Shown: positions 1-9,213, counted from the first letter of the stretch. The stretch is 56,182 nt of DNA from Patescibacteria group bacterium (GCA_038078555.1 JBBTYQ010000008.1:1-56182); one strand, 5' to 3'. Translations and numbers: made by a program. The notes: generated by a model from the sequence alone, not told the origin.

Positions 1-59
1 TGAACCGGCGATCTTCTCCGTGACAGGGAGACGTGTTAACCGGGCTACACTACGGGTCC
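1..59 (-). tRNA. tRNA-Asp(GTC), 3' end truncated by window edge
   Basis: Reverse complement GGACCCGTAGTGTAGCCCGGTTAACACGTCTCCCTGTCACGGAGAAGATCGCCGGTTCA; anticodon arm TCTCC-CT GTC AC-GGAGA. Confidence 0.92.
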
Positions 60-89
60 AGCAAAAGATATTATAGATTAACCGCCTGT

Positions 90-1376
90 TTATTTCAACT
101 TTTTAACCAATTCTTTAAATTTTTTGCCTCTATCTTGATAATCCTTGAACATATCAAAACTGGCCGAAGCCGGGGAAAAGATAATATGAATTATAAAGTA
201 TGAATTATGGATTATAGATTTGGCAGCTATATAAGCTTTTTTAACCGCTGTTTCTAAATTATTGACATTCATAATTCTTAATTCCTTATTCCTGCTTCTA
301 AAAATTGTTTTTGCGATTTTTTGCTTATTTTCACCAAAAAGAATCACCAATTTAACATTGGATTTTTTTAAGGCGTTCTTAAGAGGGGAGTAATCCAAAT
401 TTTTATCTTTGCCGCCAGCAATTAAAATTTTCGGCTCGCTAAAAGCTTCTATGGCCGCCACGGCAGTATATGGATTAGTGGAGGCCGAATCGTTATATAA
501 TTTAACATTATTTATTTCCCTGACAAATTCCAATCGATGCTCCAATCCTCGAAAATTTCTAACAACCTTCTTGATAATCTCTTCTTTAATGCCAAGATTC
601 TTGGCAATCATAGTGGCCATGACCGCATTTTTAAAATTATGATGACCGGCCATTTTTAACTCTTTAGGCTTAAATAAATTAAAATTGTCAGTTGAAACTG
701 CTATTTTTTCAGCAAAGCCATGTTCGGCAATCAATTTGGAATATTTATTATCGGAAAAATAAAATATTTTATTGCTAGAATGCTGAAATTCAGAGATTGA
801 AATCTTGGCGTTTAAATACTCCTTAAAATTCTTATGACTGTCTAAATGATCTTCAAAAACATCTAAAACCGCGGCAATGTCAGGAGAATATCTTAAGTCC
901 TGAAGCTGAAAACTGGAAAGTTCTAAAATCACCACAGAATTTTTATTGAGATACGGCAAAATATCAATTGCCGGCTTTCCAATATTACCGGCCAAGTAAA
1001 CATTCTTGCCTGAAGCGCGCAAAATTTTATAAAGCAATGTCGAAGTCGTACCTTTGCCTTTTGTTCCGGTAATGCCGATTATTTTACAGCCGATTTTTCT
1101 GGCTTCTTCAAAAAACAAAGTTGTGGCGCTCTTGAATCTTACGCCTTTTTTAATCGCTTTTTGAATTTCAAGCAAATTATAAGGAACGCCCGGAGAACGA
1201 TATACCTCGTCAAAATCATTAAGGTTTTTCAAATAATTTTTATCGCTCTTTTTATCCAGGACAGAAATAATCGCATTTTTATAACGAACTGATTTTTTTA
1301 AAAATTTGAGAATTGACTTACCCTCTCTGCCAAAACCTAAAACGGCAATTTTTTTATTTAAAATATTCTTAATCAC
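90..1376 (-). CDS. murD: UDP-N-acetylmuramoyl-L-alanine--D-glutamate ligase
   Basis: GFGREG, RSPGVP, ITGTKGKGTT, ELSSFQL, GLEHRLE, NDSASTNP and SPASASFDMF motifs. Confidence 0.96.
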   Translation of the reverse strand: MIKNILNKKIAVLGFGREGKSILKFLKKSVRYKNAIISVLDKKSDKNYLKNLNDFDEVYRSPGVPYNLLEIQKAIKKGVRFKSATTLFFEEARKIGCKIIGITGTKGKGTTSTLLYKILRASGKNVYLAGNIGKPAIDILPYLNKNSVVILELSSFQLQDLRYSPDIAAVLDVFEDHLDSHKNFKEYLNAKISISEFQHSSNKIFYFSDNKYSKLIAEHGFAEKIAVSTDNFNLFKPKELKMAGHHNFKNAVMATMIAKNLGIKEEIIKKVVRNFRGLEHRLEFVREINNVKLYNDSASTNPYTAVAAIEAFSEPKILIAGGKDKNLDYSPLKNALKKSNVKLVILFGENKQKIAKTIFRSRNKELRIMNVNNLETAVKKAYIAAKSIIHNSYFIIHIIFSPASASFDMFKDYQDRGKKFKELVKKLK

Positions 1377-1442
1377 TTGAAAATAAAATACCCCACTATC
1401 TGATAAAAATCAAATAGTGAGGTATTGATTAACTAAAACAAA

Positions 1443-2279
1443 CTAAACTGCGGTTATCAAAAAAGCGGCGCTTCGGTATCTTTTTTCTTTATTATCATCG
1501 TGTCTATAGCACCAATATTTGCCGCCCTTTTCGCTACAGCAAGTACACTCCGAAGAAAGTTCAAGATTTTGATACCCGCTTACTCGCAAAATACGCTCAA
1601 TCAGAAAATCAAGATAAAAATTAGTTTCATTCCTGTGTCTGGCTTTATTTCTTACATGACTATAGAAATCTTGAGCAGTTATTTCATTGCCAAGCAAAGT
1701 GACGAGATGCGGAACAATTTTGGAAACAAAATATTTTCTTTCATAAATAAGGCACTGTGGACATATTGAAGGCAAAAATTTAATCAGCGTTTTGTGAGAC
1801 TTGCCACCGGATTTTTCCCATTGCTTAAGGAATTTTTCCAAGATTCCCTGAGTAATCGGTTTCCAGCCGCCATGAAGCAAACCGGAAAGATTTGCTTCTT
1901 CATCTCTAAAGGCAATAGCCGGACATCCCCCTGGAAAAAAAACCGCCGCGCCAGGACCATAATAAATCGCCCCATCGCCAAAAAATTCATTAGTCCTAAG
2001 ATTATTCGGCTTGCTGAAGCAAATCACCTTATCGCTGTGCGTTTCCGCCCTCATTACAATCAGCCTGTTAAAAAGATAAAGCAGGTCAAAACCGGTTAAT
2101 TCTAGAACTTTTTTGGCAAATTCAAAAGATTTTTCCGAAGAATATTCGTGCCAAAAATTTCCAGCGCTTTTGTAAGTCATGCCGCATATTGATTTTTCAG
2201 TAAGTTTAAAAGAAAAAAAATCTTCCTCCGATATGGAACTTTTTCTAATCATATTCCTTCCTCCATATTTGATTTTCAA
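1443..2279 (-). CDS. YfiH/PgeF-family laccase-domain (polyphenol oxidase) protein, divergent
   Basis: His (THSD), GDG, Cys (GGCP) and HGGW pattern, plus PSICPQC, ECTCC and YR motifs; true start may be the ATG near 2252 after GGAGG. Confidence 0.75.
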   Translation of the reverse strand: MKIKYGGRNMIRKSSISEEDFFSFKLTEKSICGMTYKSAGNFWHEYSSEKSFEFAKKVLELTGFDLLYLFNRLIVMRAETHSDKVICFSKPNNLRTNEFFGDGAIYYGPGAAVFFPGGCPAIAFRDEEANLSGLLHGGWKPITQGILEKFLKQWEKSGGKSHKTLIKFLPSICPQCLIYERKYFVSKIVPHLVTLLGNEITAQDFYSHVRNKARHRNETNFYLDFLIERILRVSGYQNLELSSECTCCSEKGGKYWCYRHDDNKEKRYRSAAFLITAV

Positions 2280-2315
2280 GATTTATTTATGCTAATGAAA
2301 AGAATAATACAAATC

Positions 2316-2343
2316 TTGAAAAAATCAATAACTCTGTTATAAT
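2316..2343 (+). promoter_or_regulatory. sigma70 promoter for the tRNA-Met/efp operon
   Basis: TTGAAA-16 nt-TATAAT with extended TGn. Confidence 0.7.
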
Positions 2344-2348
2344 GCTTT

Positions 2349-2407
2349 CGCGGAGTAGCGGAACGGTACCTCGCAGTGTCTGAAAATCAGACTCATAATC
2401 CCCAGAA
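2349..2407 (+). pseudogene. partial duplicate of initiator tRNA 5' part with hairpin insertion
   Basis: 23/25 identity to the first 25 nt of the tRNA at 2447; an 18-nt insert replaces GGGGG; then identical CTCATAATCCCCAGAA; no T-arm. Confidence 0.8.
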
Positions 2408-2446
2408 TCGTTCTACCTCGCTGAAATTCTCTTGATGGGGCATTTC

Positions 2447-2520
2447 AGCGGAGTAGAGGAACGGTACCTCGGGGGGCTCATAATCCCCAGAAGCCGGTTC
2501 AATTCCGGCCTCCGCAACCA
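2447..2520 (+). tRNA. initiator tRNA-fMet(CAT)
   Basis: Full cloverleaf, A1:A72 mismatch, G-rich anticodon stem, encoded CCA. Confidence 0.92.
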
Positions 2521-2598
2521 TTTTGACGCGCTTTTCGCTTCGCTCAAAAATTACTCAAAAAACCGCTTGAGCGCGGCGAATAGCGCTGAGCTTAATTT

Positions 2599-2670
2599 GG
2601 CGGCATAGCTCAGTGGCAGAGCAAGCGTTTCATAAGCGCTGGGTCGCAGGTTCGATTCCTGCTGCCGCCA
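2599..2670 (+). tRNA. tRNA with CAT anticodon, most likely elongator tRNA-Met
   Basis: GGCGGCA..TGCCGCCA acceptor, AGCGT-TTCATAA-GCGCT anticodon arm, GGTTCGATTCC T-arm. Confidence 0.88.
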
Positions 2671-2705
2671 CGAATTTTAATCTTAAAACACAAAAAGCGA
2701 ATTGT

Positions 2706-3275
2706 ATGTTTTCCTACAACGAACTAAAACCCGGCAATTATATTATTGTTGACAAAGAGCCTTACGAAGTGCTGGAGTTTGCATTTCTAAGAATGCAGCA
2801 AAGAAAGCCGGTAAGCAAAACCAAGTTAAAAAATTTAATTTCCGGCAAAATTTTAGAGCGCACTTTTCATCAAAGCGATATTATAGAAGAAGCGGAGTTG
2901 GAAAAATCTCCTTCCCGATTTATTTATGAAAGCCGAGGCGATTATTGGTTTGACGAGCCGCGCAATCTCAAAAACCGTTTTTCTTTCAAAAAAGAAGATT
3001 TAGGCGAAATTGCAATTTTTTTAAAACCAAACATTGAAGTAACTGCTTTAAAATTCGGAGAAAAAATTATAAATATCCAGCTTCCGGTTAAAATTGATTA
3101 CAAAATAATCGAAGCGCCTCCGTCAATTAAAGGCGATACTGCCCAAGGCGGCACAAAATTAGCCACCATTGAGGGCGGAGCAAAGATTGCAGTTCCGCTT
3201 TTCATAAATGAAGGGGATATTATTAAGGTAAACACTCTAACGGGTCAGTACGTAGAGCGAGTAGAAAAAGGATAA
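2706..3275 (+). CDS. efp: elongation factor P
   Basis: KGDTAQGGTK, VPLFINEGD, YVER; true start MFSYNEL at 2706 (the ORF-track extension overlaps the tRNA). Confidence 0.95.
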   Translation: MFSYNELKPGNYIIVDKEPYEVLEFAFLRMQQRKPVSKTKLKNLISGKILERTFHQSDIIEEAELEKSPSRFIYESRGDYWFDEPRNLKNRFSFKKEDLGEIAIFLKPNIEVTALKFGEKIINIQLPVKIDYKIIEAPPSIKGDTAQGGTKLATIEGGAKIAVPLFINEGDIIKVNTLTGQYVERVEKG

Positions 3276-3306
3276 AAATTTTAAATAAATATTTTTCGTA
3301 TAATTT

Positions 3307-3330
3307 ATAAAGCCCCTTATGGGGTTTTAT
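3307..3330 (+). terminator. putative terminator hairpin after efp
   Basis: ATAAAGCCCC-TTAT-GGGGTTTTAT. Confidence 0.6.
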
Positions 3331-3412
3331 GATTTGCACTAAAATGAAATAATTTTTCCGTAATGGACAGATTTATTAAAAAATGCTGTAATTAATACTT
3401 CCCGATATTTTT

Positions 3413-4564
3413 ATGACACAAGATAAGAAAAAAAACAAAAAAGTTTTCGTGATGATGTCCGGCGGAGTAGACAGCTCAGTCGCGGCACTATTATTGAAAA
3501 ATCAGGGCTATGATGTAGTCGGCGTTTTTATGCGCTGTTTTAATCTTGACGGCTGCGCCGAGCGCGATGCCGAAGATGCCAGAAGAGTAGCGGAAAAATT
3601 AAAAATCCCTTTTTACTCTTGGGATTTTGAGAAAGAATATAAAAATAAAGTTGTTGAATATATGATTGATGGATATAAAAACGGATTAACGCCGAATCCA
3701 GATATTATGTGTAATAAAGAGATAAAATTTGGCTTATTTTTAGATAAAGCGTTAAAGATGGGAGCGGATTATGTGGCGACTGGGCACTATGTAAAAATTA
3801 AAAAATCAATCCGCCGATTGGCGGACAAAAATCAAAATAATAATTCGGGTTATAAAACTATTTATAAATTACTTCAAGCCAAAGATAAAAATAAAGATCA
3901 AAGCTATTTTCTTTGGACATTAACGCAAAAGCAATTAAAACATTGCTTGTTCCCAATTGGAGATTATCTAAAGCCGGAAGTAAGAGAAATTGCGCGAAAA
4001 GCCGGCTTGCCGACTGCGGAAAAAAAAGATTCTCAAGGAATTTGTTTTTTGGGAAAAATCACGTTAGCTGATTTTTTAGCTGAATATATGCCTCAAAAAA
4101 AGGGTCCGATTTTGCTTGCCCCAAGAAACACTACTGGGAGCATTAAACATGAAAAAATAGGAGAGCACAAAGGAGCTTATTTTTATACCATCGGCCAAAG
4201 GCATTTAAATATCGCAAAAAGAAAAGCGCAAAGCGCAAATAATAAACCCTTATATGTAGCCGAAAAAAACATTAAAACGAATGCTCTTATTGTCACGGAA
4301 GGGAGCGATAACCCCGCGCTTTATAAAAAAGAAATTTGTCTGCAAAATGTAAATTTCATTAACCCGCAACTTATGGTTGACAACTTACGACAAATTTTTG
4401 TTAAGGTAAGATATCGTCAACCGTTAATACCCGCTAATTTTATAATTCATAATTCTAAATTTATAATTCAATTTAACTCGCCGGTTAAATTCGTAGCCCC
4501 TGGCCAATCAGCGGTATTTTACGGCAAAAACGGCGAAATGCTTGGCGGCGGAATTATTGTATAA
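3413..4564 (+). CDS. mnmA: tRNA 2-thiouridylase
   Basis: MSGGVDSS, TPNPDIMCN, ATGHY, KDQSYFL, DSQGICF, PGQSAVFY. Confidence 0.97.
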   Translation: MTQDKKKNKKVFVMMSGGVDSSVAALLLKNQGYDVVGVFMRCFNLDGCAERDAEDARRVAEKLKIPFYSWDFEKEYKNKVVEYMIDGYKNGLTPNPDIMCNKEIKFGLFLDKALKMGADYVATGHYVKIKKSIRRLADKNQNNNSGYKTIYKLLQAKDKNKDQSYFLWTLTQKQLKHCLFPIGDYLKPEVREIARKAGLPTAEKKDSQGICFLGKITLADFLAEYMPQKKGPILLAPRNTTGSIKHEKIGEHKGAYFYTIGQRHLNIAKRKAQSANNKPLYVAEKNIKTNALIVTEGSDNPALYKKEICLQNVNFINPQLMVDNLRQIFVKVRYRQPLIPANFIIHNSKFIIQFNSPVKFVAPGQSAVFYGKNGEMLGGGIIV

Positions 4565-4571
4565 TAAAAAT

Positions 4572-5108
4572 ATGGATGTTTTTTCACACGGACTTTGGAG
4601 CGGAGCAATTTATAAAGCAATTAATAGAAGAGCAAAAAATCCGCTAAATATAAGGCTTTCGGTTTTATTCGGAGTGTTTCCCGACATTTTTTCTTTTATT
4701 CCTTTATTTTCTTGGATGTTTTTGAAATTGATCTTGGGAGAATTTAATTTTTCTGATTTTCCAAAGATAGAAGAGGTGGAGCCTGCTCAGCGTGACACTT
4801 TTTTCATATTTACCTTAACAAATATTCTTTACAGTTTAAGCCACAGTTTGGCAATGTTTCTTATTATTTTTTGCCTGGCTTATTTAATTTTTAAGAGGCC
4901 TATTTGGGAAATGGGGGCTTGGCTTTTCCATATCTTAATTGATATTCCAACTCACACATATCAGTTTTATCCAACGCCTTTTTTATGGCCTTTTTCCGAT
5001 ATTAAATTAAGCGGTTTTTCGTGGGCAACGCCCTGGTTTTTGATTCTTAATTATTCCGCGATTATTTTTATTTATTTTTGTCTTTATTATTTTAAAAATA
5101 AGGAATAA
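4572..5108 (+). CDS. membrane metal-dependent hydrolase-like protein (YdjM-like)
   Basis: SHG, PD, SHSL, HILID and LWPF motifs with transmembrane segments. Confidence 0.65.
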   Translation: MDVFSHGLWSGAIYKAINRRAKNPLNIRLSVLFGVFPDIFSFIPLFSWMFLKLILGEFNFSDFPKIEEVEPAQRDTFFIFTLTNILYSLSHSLAMFLIIFCLAYLIFKRPIWEMGAWLFHILIDIPTHTYQFYPTPFLWPFSDIKLSGFSWATPWFLILNYSAIIFIYFCLYYFKNKE

Positions 5109-5179
5109 AATTTGCAATATAAATATAGTTAATCTATATTTAAAAACAGCAATATTTTAAATAAATAAAAAGGGGGTGC

Positions 5180-5470
5180 TTGATGAAGTATGATAAAGTG
5201 ATAAAAGAGGTAGGCAGAATGATAGAAAATATCTATGATCTTGAAGAAGATTTTATGGAAAATCCCACAAACGAAAGAGCTATGAATTTACTTGCAAAAT
5301 GGGAAAAGCTGATAGAATTTAGGAAACAAAACAATATCGAAGAAGGAATGAACAGAAAAGAACCTCTTAAAAAATTTCTATTAGCAGGCAACCATTTTTT
5401 TAAATCAACGATAGAGAAAAAAAAGAAAGAGGCTTTGGAAGAACTTGATGTATACCGACATGAAGATTAA
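5180..5470 (+). CDS. hypothetical protein
   Basis: 96-aa ORF with GGGGGTG ribosome-binding site. Confidence 0.6.
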   Translation: MMKYDKVIKEVGRMIENIYDLEEDFMENPTNERAMNLLAKWEKLIEFRKQNNIEEGMNRKEPLKKFLLAGNHFFKSTIEKKKKEALEELDVYRHED

Positions 5471-5518
5471 ATTAAGATATTCATAAAGACTTCAATCAAC
5501 ATAAGGAGGTACTGAATT

Positions 5519-5806
5519 ATGAAAATAACGAGGGAAATAACAGCCTTAGAACATTTAAAATCTAAGGGGTACGATGTTTCTTATGTTGATTTTATTGGAG
5601 CAGGACCTTACGAAGAATCTCGGGCAGAATTTTTTAGACAAAGACTTGGAGGTATTATCACAAGACTATCAAGCGTTATGCTGTTACTTTCAGAAACTGG
5701 CAATAAATCTCTTGGCTTTGGTTACTGTATTTCAAAAGCAATACCAGTAACAAAGCTTGTGGCTTGCGGCGATCGTTATGGCTACATTTCCCGGCAAGGC
5801 TTATAA
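5519..5806 (+). CDS. hypothetical protein
   Basis: 95-aa ORF with AAGGAGGT ribosome-binding site, followed by a terminator. Confidence 0.65.
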   Translation: MKITREITALEHLKSKGYDVSYVDFIGAGPYEESRAEFFRQRLGGIITRLSSVMLLLSETGNKSLGFGYCISKAIPVTKLVACGDRYGYISRQGL

Positions 5807-5824
5807 CGCTTGCCGGTTTTTTTT
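5791..5824 (+). terminator. intrinsic terminator
   Basis: CCGGCAAG...CTTGCCGG followed by T8. Confidence 0.75.
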
Positions 5825-5853
5825 ATGTTAAATTTTATGATAAAATTTATTTT

Positions 5854-6414
5854 ATGGCACTCTACACTCGCAAAGGCGACAAAGGCGATACTTCCGCTTT
5901 CGGCTGTTGCGATCGATTTTCAAAAAATTCGCCCTTGGCGGAAGCCCTGGGCAGTCTTGATGAAATAAATTCGCTTCTTGGAATTTGCAAATCAAAATCA
6001 GCAGGCCTTAAGATAGAAATTAGGCAGGAAAATAGGGAGCTGGAAGACATTATCGAAAAAATTCAGGAAGATCTTTTTATTATTCAAGCTCAAATCGCCG
6101 GCTCAGACAAGAAAATTGCTTCGGATAAAATTGGGGATATTGAAAATATAATAGACGAAATCGAAAGCCAGCTGCCAAAAGTAAAATCATTTTTCATCTC
6201 CGGAGGCACGGAACTTTCCGCTTTTTTTGATTATGCTCGCGCTGTTTCAAGGCGGGCTGAAAGGAAAACAATTGCTTTTGCCGAATCAGAAAAAAATGAA
6301 GTTCAGCCGGAAACTCTTGCTTATTTAAACAGACTGTCTTCTTTGCTCTACGCTCTGGCAAGAATTGTCAATGTGAAATTAGAAGTAAGTGAAAAGCCGC
6401 CATCTTACAAATAA
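5854..6414 (+). CDS. PduO-type ATP:cob(I)alamin adenosyltransferase
   Basis: YTRKGDKGDT, GSLDEINS, RAVSRRAER, YLNRLSSLLY; start MALYT. Confidence 0.9.
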   Translation: MALYTRKGDKGDTSAFGCCDRFSKNSPLAEALGSLDEINSLLGICKSKSAGLKIEIRQENRELEDIIEKIQEDLFIIQAQIAGSDKKIASDKIGDIENIIDEIESQLPKVKSFFISGGTELSAFFDYARAVSRRAERKTIAFAESEKNEVQPETLAYLNRLSSLLYALARIVNVKLEVSEKPPSYK

Positions 6415-7850
6415 TGCCGATTCACGACTTTGCTTTTTATTCCATAATTTTCTTTATAATAGGGGTTTTTCTAGCTAGCTTAGAAACAAGCTTTTATTTT
6501 ATCCTTTTTGCCGCTTTTCTAACCGCAGCTTTATTTTTATTTTTTAATTTTTATTTTAACTTTGACAAAAAATTAAAGCTGATATCGCTCCTTTCCTTGA
6601 TAATTATCTTAGGCGCGTTTTACTATAATTTTTACGACGCCTATCAAACAAAAAACATTGCTATAATTTTTAACCAAAAAATAATTTTTAAGGGGACTAT
6701 TGCTGACTATCCCGAACGCGGAAGCCAGCAAAAATTAATTGTTAAACTCCAGAAACCTTTCAATGGAAAAATTTTAGCGCAATTAAAAGCTTATCCCGCA
6801 TATAACTACGGAGACTTAATAGAAATTGAAGGAATAATCAAATTGCCGGAACCGGAAGACTACAAAAATTATCTTAAAAAAGACGGCATTTCCGGCATTA
6901 TCAAATTTCCAAAAATAAATTTGATTTCAGAAAATCACGGATCTTTTGCCAAAAATTATCTTTTTAAATTAAAAGAAGAAGTTGTTTTAAATTTTCAAAA
7001 AACTTTACCGTTGGAAAAAGCAGCTTTTCTTTCTGGTATCACTTTAGGCGAACGAGCGGAATTTTCTCCTGAATTTAAGGAAAATATGGCTAAATCAGGC
7101 ACTACTCATTTGGTTGCGCTTTCCGGCTATAATATTACGATTGTTACTATTGCTATTGGCGCGTTTTTCGGCTATTTCCTAAATAAAAAAATCACATTTT
7201 GGCTGACAATCATCACTATTATCGCTTTTGTAATAATGACTGGCGCCGAGGCTTCGGTTGTCCGAGCCGCAATAATGGGCGCCATAATTTTACTGGCAAA
7301 ACAAATCGGCCGTGTGCATTCCGTGAGAAATGCCATTGCCGTTGCGGCGTTTATAATGATTTTAATCAATCCCAGAGTGCTATCATTTGATTTGGGCTTT
7401 CAGCTCTCTTTTTTGGCTCTAATCGGCATAATTTATTTTTCTCCAATCATCGAAGAATTCTTTAAGCTTAGAGAAGAAAGCGGAATCCTGGGTTGGCGGG
7501 AAAATTTTCTTGCCACAATCTCCGCTCAAGCCATGGCTCTGCCTTTGCTCCTTGTTAATTTCGAAAGTTTTTCTCTGACCTCGGTTTTAGCCAATGTTTT
7601 GATTTTAGGACTGATTCCCATAACAATGTTTTTGGGATTTTTAATGGCTGTTTTTGGATTTTTATCAATTCATCTGGCAACAATAATCGGCTGGATTGCC
7701 AATTTATTCATAAGCTACGAACTGCTGATTATTGATATTTTTTCAAAATTTTCCATCTCTGTTAAATCAATAGGAATTTCCGGCTTAATATTATATTATT
7801 TGATAATATTTGCTTTTATCTTAATCTTTAAATTAAGGACAAAAAAATAA
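6414..7850 (+). CDS. comEC: ComEC/Rec2 competence protein
   Basis: GTTHLVALSGYN, SVVRAAIM, GFQLSF. Confidence 0.92.
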   Translation: MPIHDFAFYSIIFFIIGVFLASLETSFYFILFAAFLTAALFLFFNFYFNFDKKLKLISLLSLIIILGAFYYNFYDAYQTKNIAIIFNQKIIFKGTIADYPERGSQQKLIVKLQKPFNGKILAQLKAYPAYNYGDLIEIEGIIKLPEPEDYKNYLKKDGISGIIKFPKINLISENHGSFAKNYLFKLKEEVVLNFQKTLPLEKAAFLSGITLGERAEFSPEFKENMAKSGTTHLVALSGYNITIVTIAIGAFFGYFLNKKITFWLTIITIIAFVIMTGAEASVVRAAIMGAIILLAKQIGRVHSVRNAIAVAAFIMILINPRVLSFDLGFQLSFLALIGIIYFSPIIEEFFKLREESGILGWRENFLATISAQAMALPLLLVNFESFSLTSVLANVLILGLIPITMFLGFLMAVFGFLSIHLATIIGWIANLFISYELLIIDIFSKFSISVKSIGISGLILYYLIIFAFILIFKLRTKK

Positions 7851-7908
7851 AAAAAGCTTTTGTTGAAATAAATTTGCCTTTTGCCTTAAACTATAATAAA
7901 ATTCTTAA

Positions 7909-9213
7909 ATGTTCTGGAAAATTTTTCGAATTGGAATAATTGAAGTTATTTATTCTAAATTTTCTAAAATCGCAATCTCAATCATTGTATTAGCCGCAAT
8001 TTCCGGCGGAACTTTTTATTACGGATATGAATATGGTTATAAAGCCGGCTCTGAAGGTCCAAAAACAGTTATTGTTCGCGGAGTTGCCGATATAGAAAAA
8101 GGCAAAGAAGAAGCCGTGGACTTTAGCATTTTTTGGGAAGCCTGGAAAGTGATTAAAGATAAATATGTAAAATCAGACGAGCTTAACAATCAGGATTTGG
8201 TTTATGGAGCAATTTCCGGACTTATTGATTCACTTGGTGACCCTAATTCTGTTTTTATGCCGCCCACCGACGCTAAAAAATTCGGCGAAGATATTGCCGG
8301 AGAATTTTCCGGCATTGGCGCGGAAATCGGCATCAAAAACGACCAATTAATTATTATTGCTCCTCTTAAAAATACTCCGGCCGAACGAGCCGGCTTAAGA
8401 GCTGCGGATAAAATTTTAAAAATAGACGATAGCGAATCCAGCGGCTTAAACGTTGACGAAGCGGTTAAAAAAATTCGCGGCAAAAAAGGAACAACCGTGG
8501 TCCTTACTATTTTAAGAAATGATTGGGAAAAACCGCGGGAAATTTCCATTGTTAGAGATATTATCCAGATTCCCACTCTTGATTGGAAAATGATTGATTC
8601 AAGCGGCGCTGAAAATAAAGACGGCAATATCGCTTATTTCCATCTTTATAATTTTTATGAAAACGCGCCTTTCCTTTTTTATCAATCAGCCATAAAAACC
8701 GCTCTTTCTAATCCTAAAGGCATTATTTTGGACCTTAGAAATAATCCGGGCGGCTATTTAGAGGCCTCGGTGAATTTAGCCGGCTGGTTTTTGAGCCCCG
8801 GCCAACCGGTTGTAACCGAAGAATTTCGCTCTGATGAAAATCAAACATTTACAGCCCGAGGCAGCGGATTATTTAAAAATATGCCTATGGTTATTCTGGT
8901 AAACCAAGGCTCTGCTTCTGCTTCGGAAATTTTGGCCGGAGCATTGAAAGATAACCGCGGTATAAAAATTATCGGCAAAAAAAGTTTTGGCAAAGGCACG
9001 GTTCAAGAGCTTCAATCTATGCGGGATAATTCGGTTATGAAAATAACCATTGCCCATTGGCTTACGCCCAAAGGCCAGATTATTGAAAAAAACGGCATTG
9101 CGCCCGATTATGAAGTAGAGCTAACCGACGAAGACATTAAAAATGGAAAAGATCCTCAATTAGAAAAAGCGATAGAAGTATTAAAAGAAGTAATCGCAAA
9201 TAACAAAAATTAA
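7909..9213 (+). CDS. C-terminal processing peptidase (S41, PDZ)
   Basis: GIGAEI, DLRNNPGG, SASASEI, FGKGTVQ. Confidence 0.93.
   Translation: MFWKIFRIGIIEVIYSKFSKIAISIIVLAAISGGTFYYGYEYGYKAGSEGPKTVIVRGVADIEKGKEEAVDFSIFWEAWKVIKDKYVKSDELNNQDLVYGAISGLIDSLGDPNSVFMPPTDAKKFGEDIAGEFSGIGAEIGIKNDQLIIIAPLKNTPAERAGLRAADKILKIDDSESSGLNVDEAVKKIRGKKGTTVVLTILRNDWEKPREISIVRDIIQIPTLDWKMIDSSGAENKDGNIAYFHLYNFYENAPFLFYQSAIKTALSNPKGIILDLRNNPGGYLEASVNLAGWFLSPGQPVVTEEFRSDENQTFTARGSGLFKNMPMVILVNQGSASASEILAGALKDNRGIKIIGKKSFGKGTVQELQSMRDNSVMKITIAHWLTPKGQIIEKNGIAPDYEVELTDEDIKNGKDPQLEKAIEVLKEVIANNKN

Noticed and set aside
2613-2705. N-terminal extension of EF-P
   Set aside because: Runs through the tRNA-Met gene; real start is 2706
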